Shown in pieces: positions 61,437 through 64,000 of a stretch of DNA of 64,000 nucleotides. The stretch's first letter is position 1, and each line of letters begins with the position of its first letter. The notes under the pieces were generated by a model that saw nothing but the letters and a program-made list of their open reading frames with translations, was not told where the DNA came from and ran no database searches. The stretch comes from Fimbriimonadales bacterium (lineage in GTDB: Bacteria > Armatimonadota > Fimbriimonadia > Fimbriimonadales > ATM1). Made by a program: the position numbers and the translations under genes. The stretch covers positions 14,247 to 78,246 of the forward strand of contig JBGTLG010000022.1 in assembly GCA_041744215.1 (NCBI GenBank), in the 5' to 3' direction.

Positions 61437-62477
61437 ATGTTCGCGGTTTGCGCTCTGCTCGCTATGCTGGTTCCGGCGCAAGCGCCTGAAGGCGCTTTGT
61501 TTCCCGTCGTCTCGGGCCAGAAATGGGGATTCATCGATGCGCGTGGCGAGGTGGTGATTGCTCCGCAGTTTGAGGCGGCGCGGGAGTTTCGCGGTAGCTT
61601 GGCGCCGGCGATGAAGGGAAGCCGGTGGGGCTTCGTGAACCGGTCGGGCGCGTGGGTTGTTCCTCCCAGCTACAGCAATGTCGGAGACTTTCGCGAGGGG
61701 CTGGCGGCCGTGGTTCAGGGGGAACAGGTCGGCTTCGTCAATACCTCCGGTCAGGTCGCTATCCGCCCGATTTTGCCGTGGCCGGTGGCGGATCCCCCTT
61801 ACATTCCGTCGTTCTCGGAAGGCCTTGCCGGAGTTGTCGTTGAGGCCGGGGATCAGCGGTTCGCTTGGGGTTACATCGACAAGGCGGGAAACCGAGCATT
61901 CGACGGTACTTTCACTTATGGGGGCGAGTTCTCAGAAGGTCTTGCGGCCGTGGCGGTTGGTCCGGAGTCTTGGGGGTACGTGGATCGGACCGGAAAGATC
62001 GTGATCGAGCCCAAGTTCAGCTACGCGGGCACATTCCAGAATGGGCTTGCGCCGGTGGTCGTCGCGTCGAAGTTTGGCTACATCGACAAGACCGGGACTC
62101 TCGTGATCCCGAACCGTTATTCGGACGCGCTGGAGTTCAGCGAAGGGTTTGCCCTTGTGTTGGAGGGCGAGAAGTATAAAGTTATCGATACGCAAGGCAA
62201 GCAGGCGTTTGCGAAGTCCTTCGCAGAGGTCGACCCTTTGGCGCTTGAGTTGTTTAGGTTTTCTGAAGGGATGCTTGTTTTTGTTGAAGAGAGCGCAGAT
62301 GGGGAATACCTTTGGGGTTATGTCGATCGAACTGGCAGGGTAGCGATTCCTGCGAAGTTTCAGTACGCTGGGCGATTCCACGGCGGCCTCGCGGCGGTGA
62401 CGGTCCGCCGGGGGGACGACTACTTGGATGGGTACATCGATCGGACCGGTCGGTACGTTTGGCAGCCGAGCAAGTAG
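61437..62477 (+). CDS. Secreted WG-repeat (KWG-type) protein
   Basis: Repeated WGY/FID..G...I.P.F......FSEGLA units; signal peptide. Confidence 0.92.
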   Translation: MFAVCALLAMLVPAQAPEGALFPVVSGQKWGFIDARGEVVIAPQFEAAREFRGSLAPAMKGSRWGFVNRSGAWVVPPSYSNVGDFREGLAAVVQGEQVGFVNTSGQVAIRPILPWPVADPPYIPSFSEGLAGVVVEAGDQRFAWGYIDKAGNRAFDGTFTYGGEFSEGLAAVAVGPESWGYVDRTGKIVIEPKFSYAGTFQNGLAPVVVASKFGYIDKTGTLVIPNRYSDALEFSEGFALVLEGEKYKVIDTQGKQAFAKSFAEVDPLALELFRFSEGMLVFVEESADGEYLWGYVDRTGRVAIPAKFQYAGRFHGGLAAVTVRRGDDYLDGYIDRTGRYVWQPSK

Positions 62478-62555
62478 TGACTCACGTGGGTCTTGCGATT
62501 TGATGCGCTGAATTGGTGGCCATGTTGCTTGACCTGGTTCGTGGCGAATTGTTAG

Positions 62556-62707
62556 GGACTCATCGAACTCATCACTGTTTATTATTGTTAACGCGGTCTT
62601 TTGAACTCGCTGGATTAGATGGGTGATGCGGTGCGAGTGGCTCGGGCGCGTTCCGTTATGCATGAGAGTTCCGTCGGTTAAGTCTTTGGAGAGCCGAAAG
62701 TCAACCT
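62556..62707 (-). repeat. Bipartite non-coding element, copy 2 (inverted relative to copy 1)
   Basis: Block B matches copy 1 at 38/41; block A core CCAAAGACTTAACCGACGGA matches 20/20; 73-bp spacer. Confidence 0.9.
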
Positions 62708-62761
62708 GTTGTTAGATTGCGAGCCAGATCGGCCGTCTTGGCTGAGATGGGATGCTGCCCT

Positions 62762-62832
62762 GTGCCGTTCACGGTCAGATTCTTCTGGCGTATCACGTCT
62801 CTGGAAGGAACTGAAGAACCTGTCCGTGGCAC
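62762..62832. repeat. Imperfect intergenic hairpin (REP-like)
   Basis: GTGCC(GTTC)ACGGTCAGATTCTTC ... GAAGAACCTGTCCGTGGCAC. Confidence 0.4.
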
Positions 62833-62863
62833 CCGGCGAACCAACTGTTCGACCTTTCCTGGG

Positions 62864-63373
62864 TTAGTGTTCGTGGCGGGAGAAAACCACGAGGTCGCCG
62901 CTGTGGACGGTGCCATCGAACGTGAAGGTCTGGTTGTGCTTGTCCACGAAACTGACGCGGATTAAGTCCGGCGGGTTGTGGGGCGTGTGATGCGGATTGC
63001 GCCGATCGACCACTCTGGCGGTGACAGTCCCGTGCACTGTTTGGAGGTGGCCGTCGACCTGTCTAGTTAGGGAGCCAGGGCCGGAGAAATCGCAAACGCC
63101 GCCTTTGGTGCCGCTAACGAAGGAGGGACGGCCCATCTCGACGAGTACCCATGGCCCGTGGTGATTGTGGTGCTGCTCAAGCCGAAGGGAGCCCTCGAAT
63201 GCCGGGTGGTGACCGTCAGCGGTGCGCTTGACGACGGAGAAGTGGAACGAACCGTTGCGCCCATCGTGGGTGGTGGCGGTCCCGGTCCCGTGAGATCCGA
63301 TGGCGAGGATATGGTTAGCAGCCGCCAGGGCGGCAAAGCAAAAGACCGAAAGGAAACAGAGTTTTTTGAGCAT
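62864..63373 (-). CDS. Secreted His-rich beta-strand protein of unknown function
   Basis: Signal peptide MLKKLCFLSVFCFAALAAA; His clusters QHHNHHG, NPHHTPHN, RHEH. Confidence 0.7.
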   Translation of the reverse strand: MLKKLCFLSVFCFAALAAANHILAIGSHGTGTATTHDGRNGSFHFSVVKRTADGHHPAFEGSLRLEQHHNHHGPWVLVEMGRPSFVSGTKGGVCDFSGPGSLTRQVDGHLQTVHGTVTARVVDRRNPHHTPHNPPDLIRVSFVDKHNQTFTFDGTVHSGDLVVFSRHEH

Positions 63374-63593
63374 GTTCAACCCTCTTGCCATTTTGACACC
63401 AATAAACCCGTCGGGGTTCCAGCTAGTGCTGGAGAGAGCAGCAAGGGCAATGAAGCGGACAATCTGGTTCGCGTTTTCAGGGTTGCTCGCCGTGGTCCTC
63501 GGCGGGTGCCCCGGGTGGGAACGAGGAGCTTTCGTTCGGGGTGGCCGGGGCAAATCTCGCGGCAGATAACGTCGCGTTGCGCAAGACTCCCAA

Positions 63594-63837
63594 CGCGGAT
63601 TTGCCCCTGAATGTCATCGCGTTCTCATTAGAGGGCAGGTATCAACTCGCAGCACGAAGTCGCGCGTTCCGTGATACCATCGCGTACTTCAAAGTTGACC
63701 ACGAATCTTGCGTGATGACGTCTGTTTGATGCGCCTCATGATGTTGGGGTTGTCGTAAACGTCCGCGCGTGACCCGGTTCATTGAATCGCACATCCGCCC
63801 ATGATACGAGGCGGAAGAACTCAGGGGCAAGTCCGCG
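63594..63837. mobile_element. Miniature element/IS remnant with terminal inverted repeats
   Basis: CGCGGATTTGCCCCTGA ... TCAGGGGCAAGTCCGCG (16/17 match); no transposase inside. Confidence 0.5.
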
Positions 63838-64000
63838 ATAGGAGACAATCGTACATCGGAGCTAATCCCCACGAGACTTGAAGGCTGTCGCGCGGGGATG
63901 CTTGTTTGGGTGTGATTTCGTCTCTATTTCATGGCACGTCACAATCGAAGATCTGTCGCTGCTTTTTTGAGCGGTCCCGGATCAACTGCCGTTCAGCCGC

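Noticed and set aside
62575-62596. dif site suggested by TTATTGTTAAC
   Set aside because: Only loosely like the XerD arm, no XerC arm at 6-bp spacing, and the skew polarity is origin-like rather than terminus-like.
1-64000. CRISPR array, rRNA genes, integrase or transposase genes
   Set aside because: No regularly spaced direct repeats, rRNA-like sequence or recombinase motifs were found.

Overview
Bacterial chromosomal window of about 58-60% GC (visual estimate) from a diderm, flagellated organism. My impression from protein style is Armatimonadota-like, which is not verified. Most of it is housekeeping: gatCA, pyrRBC, purEK, tdk, split pntAB, ccmEF-panD-pyrE, leuS, hmgA, lepA, fliS/fliT, coaBC-gmk-yvcK, mutS-priA-def-fmt, and five tRNAs (Arg, Ile, Ala, Leu, Val). 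One accessory island (~33.9-38.9 kb) carries a three-gene restriction-modification-like system whose helicase/nuclease gene is split by an in-frame TGA. The most striking unexplained signal is a ~153-bp non-coding bipartite element present twice in inverted orientation (38959-39111 and 62556-62707). Each copy has two conserved blocks separated by an unrelated spacer of exactly 73 bp. Each copy sits in a zone of strong strand-compositional skew whose sign follows the element's orientation. Other leads are a promoter/terminator-bounded sRNA candidate with a C-rich loop, pervasive leaderless-type promoters, two probable non-canonical start codons (ATA, ATC), several motif-degenerate enzyme homologs (HisB, HisA, YyaL, ADP-ribosylglycohydrolase), a presenilin-like protease, an rRNA-free divergent tRNA-Ile/tRNA-Ala pair, and an IS-like miniature element. 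No CRISPR array, rRNA or integrase was seen.
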